A stretch of DNA of 64,000 bases from the human T2T-CHM13v2.0 reference genome, Homo sapiens, in NCBI RefSeq assembly GCF_009914755.1, contig NC_060935.1. The stretch is one strand, 5' to 3'. The notes beneath the pieces were generated by a model. The model was given only the letters and a program-made list of their open reading frames with translations. It was not told the origin of the DNA and did no database searches. The position numbers were made by a program, and so were the translations under genes. Below are positions 1 to 16,042 of this stretch, in pieces; position 1 is the stretch's first letter, and each line of letters opens with the position of its first letter.

Positions 1-1828
<1,828 letters not shown>

Positions 1829-2298
1829 TGTGAAAGGAAAACATCTTGGGCCCCCAAAATCACTAATCTAAAGGAAAAAGTCAAGCTGGGAACTCCTGAG
1901 GGCCAACCTGTTTCTCATTCTATTCAAAGTCACCCCTCTGCTCAATGAGATAAATGCATATCTATTTGCTTCCTTTGGAGAGGTTAATCAGAAACTCAGA
2001 AGAATGCAACCATTTGTCTCTTATCTACCTATGACCTGCAAGCCCCCTCCCACTTTGTGTTGTCTCACCTTTGCTTCAAGTTGTCCCGCCTTTCCAGACC
2101 GAACCTATGTTCATCTTACATATGTTGATTATTGATGTCTCATGTCTCCCTAAAATGTATAAAACCGAACTATGCTCTGACTACCTTGGGCACATGTTGT
2201 CATGGCCTACTGAGGCTGTGTCATCGGCATGTGTCCTCAACCTTGGCAAAATAAACATTCTAAATTAACTGAGACATGTCTCAAAGTTTCAGGGTCAA
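1829..2298 (+). mobile_element. MER4A-type 3' LTR (ERV1)
   Basis: Starts TGTGAAAGGAAAA..CTTGGGCCCCCAAAATCACTAA; contains AATAAA near its end. Confidence 0.85.
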
Positions 2299-2494
2299 AA
2301 TGGCTGCTAAGAAAGAATTTGAGGGACTAGTGGGGATCAAAGAGGTACTAATACTTATTAAATATCTACTATAACAACATTATCATCAAACAACCATTTT
2401 TTCAGCATGTCCTATATACTAGAAACTCTTTATTTTATTGCATTTGATCATTACAATATTATATATTATACATACAATAAATAAGCCAATTCCA

Positions 2495-2610
2495 AATTGG
2501 CATAATTACCCCATTCCACAGATGAGGAAACTGAGGCTCAGAGAGTTGAAGGGTCTTACTATGGATCACATAGCTAGCAAGAGAGAGAACTAAAACTTGA
2601 ACCTAGTCTC
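2495..2610 (+). mobile_element. MIR fragment
   Basis: Core acagatgaggaaactgaggctcagagag. Confidence 0.75.
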
Positions 2611-3544
2611 TGAGCCTCAACTCGTCATCCCTTACAGTGTACCACATCCTGAGTTAGATGTGACAGTATATCACTTTATAGGCCACTGTTTAGGTTATTG
2701 TATGTTGTATTGCCACTCCCTTTTGGAAATGTCATATAAGTAAGGAAAGTTTCTGTGAAAAGTGGTTCTGATCTACGCAATTTACTGAAGCTTTCCCACT
2801 GGCTCTCCACACCAAGCCACCAATATGCCTGCCAATGCTTTCTTAATCTTTCCTAAAGAGCCACCTCAAAAATCTTTCTACCTTGGAGAAAGTTTCTAAA
2901 AGATTAAAGAAGAAAAGCATAAAATGTTGGGAACTACAGAAGACAGCAGGTTCCTTGTCTTCTTTCTCTGTAACAGGGACGGGCCAACTTGGGGCTGGCA
3001 GAACAGAGACATGCCAAAGTTATAAAAAAAAAAAAATAAGGAGAAAAGTTGATTCCTAAATGTTCTACTAGGGCTTGGCCATCAGAAAACTAAAAGAGAA
3101 GCAAGTTCAGCTGAACATACTGCTTTCTGCATAGAAAATACTCAGCTTATTTCTTTAGTTTATTGAGGATTTTTTGCCAAATATTGTGTAGTTATTGTGT
3201 TCAGTGGTTTTATCCTAATCCAAGTAAAATAAAATAAATAAAAGAGAAATGTTGTCAGTTTTTGGTATTTCCAGATAAAAGTAATTCCTTTCCTGCTAAC
3301 TTCTTTCCCTTGCCCACTTCTGTTCCACCCAAAGGGACACCAGGAGGTACTATTTGATATAGTATTTGGGCCACAGAACTTGCCATAACTGACTGGGCCA
3401 GGAGTGGGCACCTGGCTGCTGCATTTAGGTGTAGTGGTGTAGTCACTGATGAATTTGGAGTTGTGACTAAGAAAGTTAAGTATCTATCTGAGTGAGTCAT
3501 TTGAATGGCAGAAATGCAAAAATTTAGAGCTGTAATTCAAGAGC

Positions 3545-4793
3545 CTATCTGCACAAATGGCCAATAAGCACATAAAAAATGTTCAATATTATGAGTCATT
3601 AGGGAAATGCAAACCAAAACCACAATGAAATATCATTTTACATTTACTAGAATGGCTATAATTCTTTTAAAGGGGATAAATAACAGTTATTGACAAGGAT
3701 GTGGAGTGAAAAGGGAACGCTTGTGCTTTGCTGGAAGGAAAGAAAGAGTGCAACCACTGTGGAAAACAGTTTGGCAGTTCCTCCAAAAGCTAAACATAGA
3801 ACTACCATGTAATTCAGCAGCTTCACTCCTAGACATATACCTCAAAGAACTGAAAGTAAGGCCTCAAACATATTTGTATACTCACATTCATAGCAACGTT
3901 ATTCACAATAGCCAAAGGTGAAAACAACACAAATGTCCATCAACAGATGAATGGAAAAACAAAATATGGTGTATATATACAGTAGAATATTATTCAGCCA
4001 CAAAAAAGCTAAATTTTGATATATGCTACAATATTAATGGACCTTGATGACGTTATGCTAAGTGTAATAAGTCAGATACAAAATGATATATACATATTGT
4101 ATGAATCCACTTTTGTGACATGCCCAAAGTAGAGAAATTCATGGAGACCATAGAATAGAGGTTACCAGGATCTGGGAGGGAGGGGAGTATGAGGAGTTGT
4201 TTAATGGGTACAGAGTTCATGCTGGAGATGATGAAAAAGTTTTAGGTGTACGTAATAGTGACGGAAACAGCTGCCCATCTAGAGCCGCCGCTATCAAGAC
4301 ACAGGATACCGCGGAGAGGCTCTGGCCAGAGCTATAACGCTCCACGGAGCCGGCAGGAGCCCCGCCCTCCCTGGGTGCCCCTGCAGCCGCCCTGCCACGG
4401 CTCTCGGCTCTCGGGATCACGCGTCTCTGTGTTCTTGGGGGCCCAGGAAGACCCCTCTGCCTCCCACAGGCTCGGAAGTGCCTGCTCCCACTGCGTGGCT
4501 TCTCTCCGCTGTCAGCGCCCGTTCCCATTTCGGAGGCATCCCGGGGGCTGCAAGCTACAGGGAGCCAGGGGAGCAGGGGACAAGCGGGAGCCCTGCCTCT
4601 TGCGTATTGGCAGGGCGAGAGCTCCCAGAGGTGCAGCTGCAACCGCCCTCCCAGGCTCAGGACCTGGGCGGCTCTGCAGTCTGCGCCTCTGAAACAATGA
4701 GAATGGTTATATAATATTGTGGATATATTTAATACCGCTGCATTGTACTTACCGTGGTTAGAATAATAAATATTATGTTATATATATTTTACC

Positions 4794-4795
<2 letters not shown>
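3545..4795 (+). mobile_element. L1MB-type 3' end, interrupted by an LTR fragment
   Basis: ORF2 C-terminus ([12 protein letters not shown]) and an old L1 3'UTR that resumes after 4692. Confidence 0.8.
4261..4691. mobile_element. GC/CpG-rich ERV1 LTR fragment (MER52/LTR28-like)
   Basis: gggggcccaggaag...caggctcggaagtgcctgctccc resembles the recalled MER52 consensus. Confidence 0.6.

Positions 4796-4840
<45 letters not shown>
4796..4840. repeat. (TG)22 microsatellite
   Basis: Perfect dinucleotide run. Confidence 0.98.
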
Positions 4841-4844
<4 letters not shown>

Positions 4845-6330
4845 TTTAAGCCTGTCTGTCCAGAGAAAACAAGCATGGAGAAAAAGTGGTCCCAGAGCCC
4901 CTGGTAGTTTTCCATTTCCAGGGTCTATCCTTTTTCCTGGGGGTCAATCTATATTCTTGTATTTGAGAATCCATATCTTTATATTTTTAATTTATATTCA
5001 AATAAATAAAACACTTTGTTCATGCTCAGAGTAACTCAAGTTGATCATTGCTACTTGAACCCAATCTTAACTAACCAACTTTGGTAAATTTTTAGCAACA
5101 AGTTACTTTTTTGGCAACTGTCATCTTCTCTTAATAAAGCTAGAGTCCAGAGGCTGGCCAAGTGCAGCACAAAGCAACGTTCACACTTCACTTACCTTGT
5201 GTTGCCTAGAGGAGCAAAGTTTGAATCATCTTCTAGGCTTAGCTTTAGGTAGGATTGTGGACATTAGAATGATCCCACAATAGCAGAAATATTTCTATGA
5301 AATACTCTATCTCTGGGTTCAATATTTGGTGTGAGCACCCCTTGTGTGAAGTCATCCAGCCAACAAAAATCCAGCCAGAGGCATTGAGGTGAGGACTTGA
5401 AAGTTGTGCAAGAGTTTCTAGAGCTAATGTTATCTCTAGGATCAATCAGAATTGATTAGTAAAAGGGGTATAAAGTATGTTGGCTGACTCCCTGGGTCTT
5501 TTTATTAGAAATTGGGAGGATTCTGGTACAAAATTACATGATGGATCATAGTCAACAAGAGAATGTTGTTGTCCAGAGTCTGATATTGCTAAAATGCAAT
5601 TATTCATAATTTAATTTGCTAATGTTTATTAAGCCTTAGCCTTCTGTCACTAGTTATATCTCAGAAGTTGAGTACTATCTTGGAAGCCATGCTGAGTTCA
5701 CTTCCTGAATTGGCCACTTATTCATTAGATGGCCTTGGAGGAGGGATGTAAATGCTCTCTAGTGTGGTTTTCTCTTCTGTAATGACAATGCCTGCTTACC
5801 TCTTGGGATAGTTGTGAGTACTAAAGGTGTTAAAATGTGTGAAACACTTGGAATGCTGCCTGGAATCTAAGTGCTATCTAAAATGTAAGGTCTTATCATT
5901 GTGTGAACATTTCTCACTCACTTTATTGCATCTCTGTGATTACTTCGATACTATCTTGAGTCAGCACTTTCTACTTTAAGTTATACAGCCAAGGTGAGTC
6001 ATGGCTGCTGGAAGGTTTGATCATAAGGACCAAGTCCTAAAATGTAAATTAGGATAGGAAAAGTGGAGTCTGGAGAGAAGCCAAGTCCTTAAGTTCCTGG
6101 CTCACTGTAAAGGCAGAGTGCCTGGGAGCTTCTCTCTTTTCAGAGAATGACAGGGATTTTCAGACTGTGGTCCCCTGTTGTGGGTTGACTGTATCATCTC
6201 TACCAGCCTTGGTAGGCACCTATCTTCAAGCAAAAAGGATATTTTGAAGATGAAGATATTGATTCTATTTTGCCTAAATTTAACTAAACCTTTTATCTAT
6301 GGTGTCTTCGCCCCCAAATCCCTTCTATGA

Positions 6331-6645
<315 letters not shown>

Positions 6646-6854
6646 AACTACCAATTTTTTTAAATGATCTTTACCCTTAAGTCATAGCTGATAGGATTTG
6701 AGATAGATAAGGTGTCAAGCTAGAGTAAGTTCAGTTTTCCATCAACATGGACCTGGAATATAGAAATCATGACCAGACTTGGACTGAGAACACTTAAATT
6801 CTGAAAGTATGAGGTAACTTTGCTCAGGAAAAAACATACACTTGTACACATAAG

Positions 6855-7337
6855 GGGTGGCCGAATAATGCCTCTCCAAAAATATTAAGGTCCTAATCCC
6901 TAGAAGCTTTGAGTGTTATATGGCAAAAGAGATTTCACAAGTGTGATTAAATTAACAATCTTGAGATGGGGAGATTATCCTGGATTATCCAGGTTGGTCC
7001 TATGTATATGCAAGTGTCCTTCTAAGAGGGAGGCAGAGGGAGATTTGAGTGTAGAAGAGAAGAAAGTGATGCGATGATGATCAAAGTAGAGAGATAAAAG
7101 ATGATGTGATACAGAGACACAAGCTAAGGAGTGAGGACAGCCTGTATGATCTGGAAAAGGCAAGGGAGTTGATTTACCCGTATAACCTCCAGAAGGAACT
7201 GTACCTGCCAACATGTTGGGTTTAGCCTCATAAATCCTATTCTGAACTTCTGATTGCCATAAATATAAGATAACAAATTGTGTTGCTTTAAGTCATAATA
7301 TTTATCATAATTTGTTATAATGGCAAAACTAATACAT
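6855..7337 (+). mobile_element. MLT1 (MaLR) solo LTR, MLT1D-like
   Basis: cttgagatggggagattatcctggattatcca and aaactaataca motifs. Confidence 0.8.
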
Positions 7338-7601
7338 CATAGACATAAAAATTATCTTGAAAATTTAAAGTTAAGCTTTAAATTTGCAACTCAACCTAGC
7401 AACCCCTTGTGATAAAAAGCAAGTAAGAAAACCAAATTTTCACTCATGGCCACAAAATTTAATTTAGCGGAGCATCTCAAAGCTCCTCAGAGGGTACTCC
7501 GAATAAAAAGCAATGATGCTGAGGGCTTTTTAAAAGTCCTTGGGATAACTTTTTAGAAGGAAGGGAAGAATACCAGAGGAGACACTTTTAAAAGCAGACT
7601 T

Positions 7602-7607
7602 TTTATT
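7602..7607 (-). terminator. Polyadenylation signal AATAAA for GLYATL2
   Basis: tttatt on the + strand about 345 nt downstream of the stop codon, followed by T/G-rich sequence on the minus strand. Confidence 0.7.
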
Positions 7608-7949
7608 TTAACAAGAAAGTCATAAAAGTGAATTTTTTCATGAAAGAAATAGTCTTCATTTAAGAAAGTGTTGCCGTTAAAGGGTTATCTTGGCACTAAT
7701 GATTGGCTTTGGGTGATTTTAATTCTGAGATGTCTGTCATAAAGGAAATTATGAGACCATAAAATTGAGCTTCTAATTTTCTGTAAGAATACAGAGGAGA
7801 AGGAAGGTAAAACTGTTAAGGGTGAGCTTAAGTAATACACAGATCCTAGATAATCAGTTGCATTTTGTGCTAATGTAGATCACAATGCTTGTGTTTGAAT
7901 TAATGTTTTTTTACTGATAAGAAAGATTTGAAATGGACAGTGGAATCAA

Positions 7950-8358
7950 TCAACAATATTTCTTGGGGGTGCATTTCCACTGATGCCAGCCACAAGGACA
8001 AATCTTAAACCCCAAATTGTTCAGTGCCTGTAGGCTTTTCTCATTATTATCTGCCACATGGAAATAAAATGGGATTTCTTTCTGAGAAAGATACTTTTCA
8101 AGATGATAACCAATTTGCAACATGTTGCCTTGGTGTCTGTATTTGGGGACAGTATAACCCATTCTCAACTCACAGGACTGTTCCATCACAATCCAAGAGA
8201 CAAGCTGGCCCTCTGGACCCAGCACACCAAATCCTAGAAAATCCTGGAGGCAGCGTTCAATATATTTCAAGCTCCTCTCATTTTTCCCAAAGGCCCAGTG
8301 TTCATTCACAAGACCTGCATGTGAAGCATCTAAGAACATGTTTGAAAAGTTTCCTTCC
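7950..8358 (-). CDS. GLYATL2: GLYATL2 last coding exon (EGNFSNMFLDASH...CTPKKYC*), C-terminal GNAT-fold acyltransferase half
   Basis: cacag|G GAA GGA; ORF 7950..8339; ELRMGYTVPKYRHQG acyl-CoA-binding motif; TGA stop. Confidence 0.97.
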
Positions 8359-9529
8359 CTGTGAAGAAAAAGAATTTTACATTTATTCAGCCAATATTAC
8401 CAAACACTGGAATTTCAAAAAATAAATATAACACCATTCCTTTCCTTAAGGACCCTACAGCCTGGAGGAGGCAATAGATGCATAACAACTACCTTTTCTA
8501 TTTCCGCTTCAAAATGTTTCCAAATAGTTGATGGGGGAACACTGTGTGTTTTACGGCCCATTTAATAGCAGAGAGACAGCATGATATGTTATAGGACATC
8601 TCAAAATATCCCACTAAGTGCCCTAAGGAAGAAAATGAACACATGTCCCTAAAAGAGTGTGAATATAGGCCAGAGAAGCCCTCCACATGGCTGAATTTAC
8701 TTGAAAGATGCATGTATGAAACCATGTGCATTTTGAGTTCTGCATCACAAGATATCTAAATATACAAGATAGTATTTCATTGAACAGATATTCCAATAAA
8801 ACATATTTTACAGGAAGATGAGAACAATGCTGATCTTACATCTTCATGTGTCCCAAAGCCCTTCATCACATACCCAGAAACGCAGTTTAAGAAGCTGCAA
8901 TATAAGAAAAAGAATACTACATTTTTGGTGCTAACCATTGGGATTCTAATCCTGATTATTTTCTTTTGGAAAGGTTATGTTCTCTTGTTTACTTGGTTTT
9001 CTTGCTTGTGAAATTACAGTAATATCATCTGTAAATATGGGGATGGTGGAAGAGAGAAGATCTCCAGGAAGTTTAGCCCCTCTCCAGGGAGAAAGAGTTT
9101 TGAGAAGTTTGTCAGTTTCAGAGTCACTTCATGTTTGCCAGTGGGTGGGTAACAGAACGCTAAGTTTTCTACGGGCGATGCTTTGTTTTTGCTCACTTCA
9201 CCTGATCCTGGACTTGCTTCCTGAAAGATCTCAAGTACCCTTTCCTGTACCCTCTCCTGTGGATAGCCAAACCTAGAGTGGCAAGATACCAAGATATCCA
9301 TGTAGGCTTAGAGGAATCACCTTAGGGCAGGTATTTCATGCCAGATTTCCAGAGTTATACTACTAAATATTATTTAATCCCCATTTATCATTTTCCCTGT
9401 GTATATGTTCCCCTTAAGTGTCTCATATGAACACTGGTGGGGCAAAGCAGGATTTGAAGAGTGTTGACTTTTCTGGCTAAATCAAATGTATCTGTGAGTG
9501 TGTGTTTAAATTCTATTTATTTTTTCAAT

Positions 9530-10260
9530 TAGTAATACAAATATAAAGCATAAATGGATTACTAGAGGAAAGCAAATCTCTCTTCTTTCTCTGATCTCAT
9601 ATTACCCAGTTACTTTGTCTAGAAGCAACCACTAATGCCAACATATTTTTTACAACTTTCCAGTTATTCTCTGCAATTCTAGATGTATATGTACATTTGT
9701 TTATTTACACAAATGGTAGCATATTATATACATTGTTCTATCCACCTTATTTTTTTTCATGTAGCAATCTATTTTGGAAATATTTTATAATCTGTCGTGT
9801 AGAGCTACTTCATTCTTTTTAATGGCTGCATAGTATTCTAATGTTTCAATGTCCCATAATAAATTTATCCATTTCCCCATTACTGGATGTTTAGGTTGTT
9901 TCATAAGTTATGATATCACACATTAAATTCATGAAAATCTTGCCATCCAGTTTGTTAACATCATTTATTTAGTATGCATATTATTTGACTCAACAATTTT
10001 AATTCTAGTAATTCATCTTTCAGATATATTTACACAACTGTGCAATGATCTATTTATGATGATATTCATTGCAGAAGTTGCAGTAAAGTGTGTATGTGTT
10101 GTAAAAATAAATACATAACTCATATAGAGTACTAAAAGCATACATATCAGTGTCAAAATTATTTACACCTAGCAAGGGAACCCAAGTGGACAGATTTTAT
10201 TTTTTATTTTATATACTTATGTATTTTCTATAAGCATGCAGCATTTTGTAAGACATAAAT
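9530..10260. mobile_element. Old L1ME fragments in GLYATL2 intron
   Basis: atggctgcatagtattc / ttaggttgtttc L1 3' motifs. Confidence 0.55.
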
Positions 10261-10535
10261 AGTTTCAGTAAACATGTTTTGATGTCACCATGATGTCCAT
10301 TACCCTCTCAGAAGGACGTTGTGAGCCCTAAGTGAAATAATATGCATAAAGACCTTGTCTAATGAAGGCTATGTCCATGCTCAGTACACAGTTGCTAACA
10401 TAACTCCCTTTCTTTACCCATGCAATTGTGTAGCCCATCATAATTTAGTCTCAAATCCTACATTTCCAAGTACAGCCTTTGTGGCAACTCAGTAATTCTA
10501 TCAAGGAATTTGGGAAGCAAAAGGTAAAATCTCAC

Positions 10536-10698
10536 TTGTTATCATCATCCACTTCAAATAACTCCATCTTGTCATTACTTGAGGTCTTGTGTTTCTTTGG
10601 TAATTCCGGTATAAAGAGGATGGTTTTCATGTAATCTACCTGCACTGATTTTGAAGTTGCAACCTTTCTTATTGCTTCATCCAAGCCCTCTTGGCAAC
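10536..10698 (-). CDS. GLYATL2: GLYATL2 coding exon 4 (GCQEGLDE...DDDNK, 163 nt)
   Basis: ctccag|GT TGC...AAC AA|gtgag; overlaps ORF 10532..10726; the preceding intron is only 93 nt. Confidence 0.96.
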
Positions 10699-10791
10699 CT
10701 GGAGAAAGGAGAAAGACAAGTACCACTTTATGCCTTCCATATCGGCTAGGAATAAACCATGGATCTTTTTCTTTTAACTCAGACTAGTTAC

Positions 10792-10918
10792 CTTGGATCT
10801 GCAAAGTTTGCTCCCAGCTGATTACATTGGAGTATGACAGGACTTCCTCTAATTTGTCAGGAGCTTTGGTGAAGATGTGGTAAGTGTTGGTATAATGATC
10901 CTGGTCATCTTTCATCTC
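10792..10918 (-). CDS. GLYATL2: GLYATL2 coding exon 3 (EMKDDQDH...TLQIQ, 127 nt)
   Basis: atcag|GAG ATG...CAA G|gtaac; phase 0 to 1. Confidence 0.95.
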
Positions 10919-11781
10919 CTGATATAACAAATATCAATTATATTTACATAGCGCTACAATTTACAAAATGTTCTTGCATAGGTCTAGAGTGCTAGAGATT
11001 CAATTGTTTGAAATATTCTGTTTTTCTGAGACAGGTGTAGAAAATGGCCTTGGAGTCACTTCAAGAATAACTCACTCTTGATACACTGAAGATAGTTGCT
11101 TTCTTTTAGGGCACTAAAGTGAGCTGCCCTTGAGAGGGTGAGTAAATAACTCCATTGTCTAGAATGGGAAGTGTACCCTAAATGGTGTATGTTAAGCATT
11201 TAAAAGTGAAGGTGCCTAAGGTATGGAAAGAAATATAAAGAACAGGTTTGGCAAGGCTCCAGGTTTTTGACAAGGTGTCACCTGAGCTAATCCTGACCCA
11301 GGGGGCTGGCTCAGTGATTGGCTCTTGGTGTGCATGTGAATAGATGAAGTTTTGGAAAGAACCATCATTCCAGAGCCAGAGTAGTACCTAGAATAGACAG
11401 CTCAGTCTGCCTCCATATGCCTGCCTACCCTCTGCTGTTGACACTTCCCCTTGGGAGTCCTTGCAGGTGAAAACACTTCTTAATCACTTTCAGCCATAGA
11501 AGTCTAGGTTGGGATGTATTCCTATGATCAGAATCTTGATGGAATAGATTGACTGGGTGGAATCCTAATTTTATTTACACATCCTGGATTACTGATCACT
11601 GGATCTAAGTTCAAGCCTTATCTCACTGCCCTACCCTGTCTCCCAAACAGCCCTTCCAAAACCTGCATACATCAACAGTGTCAATGTTCTTCTCACCACT
11701 CCTCAGTTTCAGTTCCCTCATTGCCATGCAGAGAACGTCTGGAGAGTGACTACCCTCATATTCAGTAACTATTGCTCCTAC

Positions 11782-11889
11782 CTGTTTCTGAGGCCGGGTA
11801 ATGACGATCTGGTAATCTGGCCAGGCATCTACCAGCACCTCCATGTTGAAAGGGTTTTTATCTTTTATGTTGAAAATGGCGCCATATAC
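11782..11889 (-). CDS. GLYATL2: GLYATL2 coding exon 2 (VYGAIF...RPQKQ, 108 nt)
   Basis: tag|GTA...CAG|gtagg; overlaps ORF 11623..11844. Confidence 0.96.
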
Positions 11890-12129
11890 CTACGATGCAA
11901 CAGAACAAAGCAGGAGAGGATGAAGTTCTTCTCCAATATAGAGTCTTATATGTGGAGAAATAAGACATGGCATGAGAAATAAGGACAAGAAGTATAGGAG
12001 GACTTAGGATGGGCCAGTGCTTCCAGGATGGCTCATTGGGCTACTCATTGAGAGTTATGCTGCTAGACGGCCCAAAAAGCATCCACAAAAATCCAAGTTA
12101 ATACCTGAGTCATTAGGAACTGGCTTCCC

Positions 12130-12920
12130 TGATATTCATTCATTTCTAAAAAATTCATGCCATTTTCTCAGTTTTTTTCTTTATTTCATAACACACTATT
12201 TATTTGGCATCTATTATGTATCAGGTCTGTCTTAAGCATGAAAAACTCAAAGGTGAATATGATATGGCTACAACCCTAAAGTTAAGTTTAGAAGGATAGA
12301 GAGTACATAGTTCAACCATCGTAGGACACGTGGTCTGAGAGATATATGTATATGGTGGTGTAGGATCCCAAGGAGGAAAAGCACTACCTGTCTAGGAAGT
12401 GATAAGGAAACTTACAATATCAGAAGCAATATCTGAACTGGGTCTTGATGAATATGTTATGCCTTTTTCTGGCAAAATAGAGAATGAGAGCAAGTTATTA
12501 CAAGTAGGAGAAAAAGCATGAGTGAAATGATTAAGAGTATGGCAGATGATATCATGCCTACTGAACTGTGAGGGGCTCAATATTTGTAGCAAGTGGTATA
12601 TGGCAGGAGAATGTTGAGAGGCAAAATAAAAAAGGCTGGAGAATTTTGGGATAAGCCCTGTAACCCAATTAAGCCTTGGAGATGGACTCTGCAAATTTGC
12701 TATGGCAAATTTTAAAACCAGGGAGTGATATGACCCTATATGTGTCATATAGATGACTCTCATCACAAAGTTGTAACTAGGCTGTTAAGATTGGAGACAA
12801 GGAGGTATTGCAATTACCTGGAAGAGATGACAAAGTACACCAAAGATAGCAGAAGGATAAATTCAAAAGATGTTTAAGAGGTCACAAAAAGGAAGCAAAG
12901 TGGGTGATTGACTGGATATT
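12130..12920. mobile_element. L2 fragment
   Basis: ttcattcatt...tttatttggcatctattatgtatcagg L2 3' end and a purine-rich body. Confidence 0.6.
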
Positions 12921-13055
12921 GATATTAAAGTAATCTTTGCACAGATTCTCACTTTAGACTTGCATTCCCATCTCCCCATTAAGGTTATGAATCCTGAATC
13001 TGTCCTCCTCTCAACTCAACCCTCTCTCTCCTTTGATCTCCTCCTACTCCGTTAC

Positions 13056-13133
13056 CTTTATGGATTCAGGGATGCTCTTTTCTAAGGATTTATACAGAAT
13101 CTGCAGCTTCTGAGAGTTATGAAGCACAAGCAT
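13056..13133 (-). CDS. GLYATL2: GLYATL2 coding exon 1 (MLVLHNSQKLQILYKSLEKSIPESIK); exon starts at 13173 with 40 nt of 5'UTR
   Basis: ATG at 13133; donor AAG|gtaac; acceptor tttgtgtttatttccttag at 13174-13175. Confidence 0.95.
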
Positions 13134-14079
13134 CTTATGTAGCACTTCAGCTTCTTTCCCTCAAGAAGATGATCTAAGGAAATAAACACAAAAACAAAAA
13201 TACCTAGAGAGATATGATAGGTGTCCAGAAAGAAGAGGAAGGAGAAGTCACCAGGGACATCATACACTATTAGCAGTGATGGGCTTTAGAAATTATCTAG
13301 TCCAAACTTTTCAGTTTACAAATGAGAAATTAAAGCTCAGAGGTGTAACTAGACCTCAGGGCTCCTTAGTAATCTCCATACAATTCCACTTAAAAAGTAC
13401 ATTAACATATCTGGCAAAATATATCTCCCATGCTCATTTGATTCAAACCAGTAAAAGAATATGGAGAGTGAATGCCTTCAGCTGTCCAGGCACAAATAAA
13501 AAATAATGCATCTCTTCAGGGATTGTCCCTCTGGAGAGCCCACCACCCCCAAGCATTGAAACACTTGCTCTAATGTTCCCATAGCATGGGTACTATTTTC
13601 AGCTATCAAGAAAGAATATAATCTTCTGAAAAAAAAATCTTGCAGACTATATTGTGTGTAGTCCCTTTTCTCCTAAGGAACAAAACCATAGGAAGAAAAA
13701 ATTGTTGATTAGTGATGATACCACCAAGTAGAAATTGGCAAGATCTAGGAATTGGAATTATATGTTAGCAACCTTAAAAATAGACCAAACTCTTTTATTC
13801 AGTAATTCCACATCCTGAAACTCATCCCAAGGAAATAATAATAGATATGTTTAAGGATGTAAACATAAGAAAATTTATTATAATATACTGTATATAAGAT
13901 ATAATACAAAATTCATTATGAAGAAATGATCAAGTTAATGATGGTGTATCCAAATAATAGATTACCAGGCAACTATCAAAATGATGTCTTTGAAGAGTGT
14001 TTAATGACATAGGAAAACGTCTGTGTTACAAAGTCAGGAAAACATATGATGTAATCCCAATTAATAATATAAAGATGCA

Positions 14080-14415
14080 GGCCAGGTGCAGTGGCTCAGC
14101 CTGTAATCCCAGCACTTTGGGAGGCCAAGGCGGGCAGATCACAAGGTCAGGAGTTTGAGATCAGCCTGGCCAACATAGTGAAACCCCGTCTCTTCTAAAA
14201 ATACAAAAAACTACCTGGGTGTGGTGGTGAGTGTCAGTAGTCCCAGCTACTCAGGAGGCTGAGGCAGGAGAATTGCTTGAACCAAGGAAGAGGAGGTTGC
14301 AGTGATCTGATATCGCACCACTGCATTCCAGCCTGGGTGACAGTGTGAGACTCTATCTCAAAAAATAAAATAAAATAAAATAAAATAAAATAAAATAAAA
14401 TAAAAATTAAAAAAA
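14080..14415 (+). mobile_element. AluS (AluSg-like) with (TAAAA)n tail
   Basis: 18-bp TSD taataatataaagatgca at 14062-14079 and 14416-14433. Confidence 0.93.
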
Positions 14416-14784
14416 TAATAATATAAAGATGCATAGGTGAATGGTTATCTGTGTATATGTACATTTGCATATACCCACCTGAAAGTCTTTCTGAAACAAA
14501 GTAGTATATAAATAAGATATAAATATGAACTTTTGAACTTTCTTCCAGCCATATACACGGCTGACAATATATATAAATATGTAATACCTCATATGATACT
14601 TGAAGACAATATATAAGAATGGCCATATTTTCCAAGAACCAACAAATAGAAAATTTTCTACACTATTTTGATGGTTTGCAAGGAAGCCATTAATATTTTT
14701 TGCAATCCTAGAAAACTCAGTAAATATGACATCTATGTATGCATGTATATATGTAAGTGTATAGCCATAATCAATACAAAAGGA

Positions 14785-15010
14785 AGCACAGTGGTTAACA
14801 ACATGGGCTTTGGAATTAAACAAACCAAAACTCCACCCCTGGCTCCTCCTCTGGCTATCTGGGTCACCTTAGGTAAGTCAAATTATTTGAGTCTCTGCCT
14901 CAGTTGCATTATCTATAAAATGGGGATAGTAATATCTACTTTGTAGGTTGTCATGAGGATTTCATTGCCAGAAAAGGTATGTGAAGTGTTTAGCATGGTG
15001 GTAATTTGTG
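14785..15010. mobile_element. MIR
   Basis: ctctgcctcagttgcattatctataaaatggggatagtaat core. Confidence 0.75.
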
Positions 15011-15831
15011 TATATACAAGGTTCTGAAGGACATTTTAAAGACCTCTAATCCAGTGAAGGTGACCATTCCACCGGACAGAAACATAAATGAAGAAAACTG
15101 CAACTTCAAAGATGGACTACATGTAACTTGCTTGAATAAATCTATTGACACAAAATAGATATTTTGAGGCAAACCACAGATCTAGAAAAAGCTAATGTGT
15201 TTCTGTCACTGTCTAGGATGATGGGTGCACTAACCAAATGGCACAGCATTCTGCCCATTCTGCAGGCTTTGGTAGCATATTCCACAAAGGAGAGCAATCA
15301 ACTTCAAGGAAAGAGCGACCAAAGCAGTCAAAGGCTGCTGAGAAGCTAAAAGATATGAGTACTAAAGATGGCAGTGCATTTTGGAGTTAGGAGTTGATTA
15401 CTGACTTGGTAAGAGATGTGGAATGAAACGTGAGGAAGTGAAGGTAACTTTTTCAAAGAGCTTGACCAGGAAAGGAAGAAGAACATGAGAATATCGAAGG
15501 ACAGAGGAGAGGTACAAGAGCTCAAAAAAGGCATTTCTCTTATTAGATGAGAGTTAAGCATACCTATACTAACTACAAGAGGTAAGATGTAAGTCATTAA
15601 TAGGCCAATGTGTAAACAGGACATAGAAAGGTGACAGAAATTCATTGACCTTATATACAAAATGCCAACCCTATTTCAGCTTCTTTATGTTGATTAATTC
15701 ATGTAATCGTCAATGATAATTCTCAGCATACTTGTGAAATTAAGTTTTGGACTGGAAGAATACTTCTTTCAGTGAAAAGTCAGAAAAAAAATTAGGATGG
15801 ATGCAGATGCAGGTGTATGTATGTACGTATA

Positions 15832-15993
15832 CAGCAGGTCATCAAATAATGTCATTTTGTTCAATATCTTTTCATTACAATGGTGAAGAGAAAAACATCA
15901 ATTCCTGGCTGGACTACTGTCTATGTGCAGTTTGCCTGTTCTCCTCATGTCTGCATGGATTTTCTCTGTCTAAATTGTCCCAGGATGAGTGAG

Positions 15994-16042
<49 letters not shown>

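Noticed and set aside
4217-4714. Overlapping 141-148 aa ORFs
   Set aside because: By-product of GC-rich LTR sequence; no recognisable domain or exon structure.
8024-8425. 133-aa plus-strand ORF
   Set aside because: Antisense shadow of the GLYATL2 last exon.
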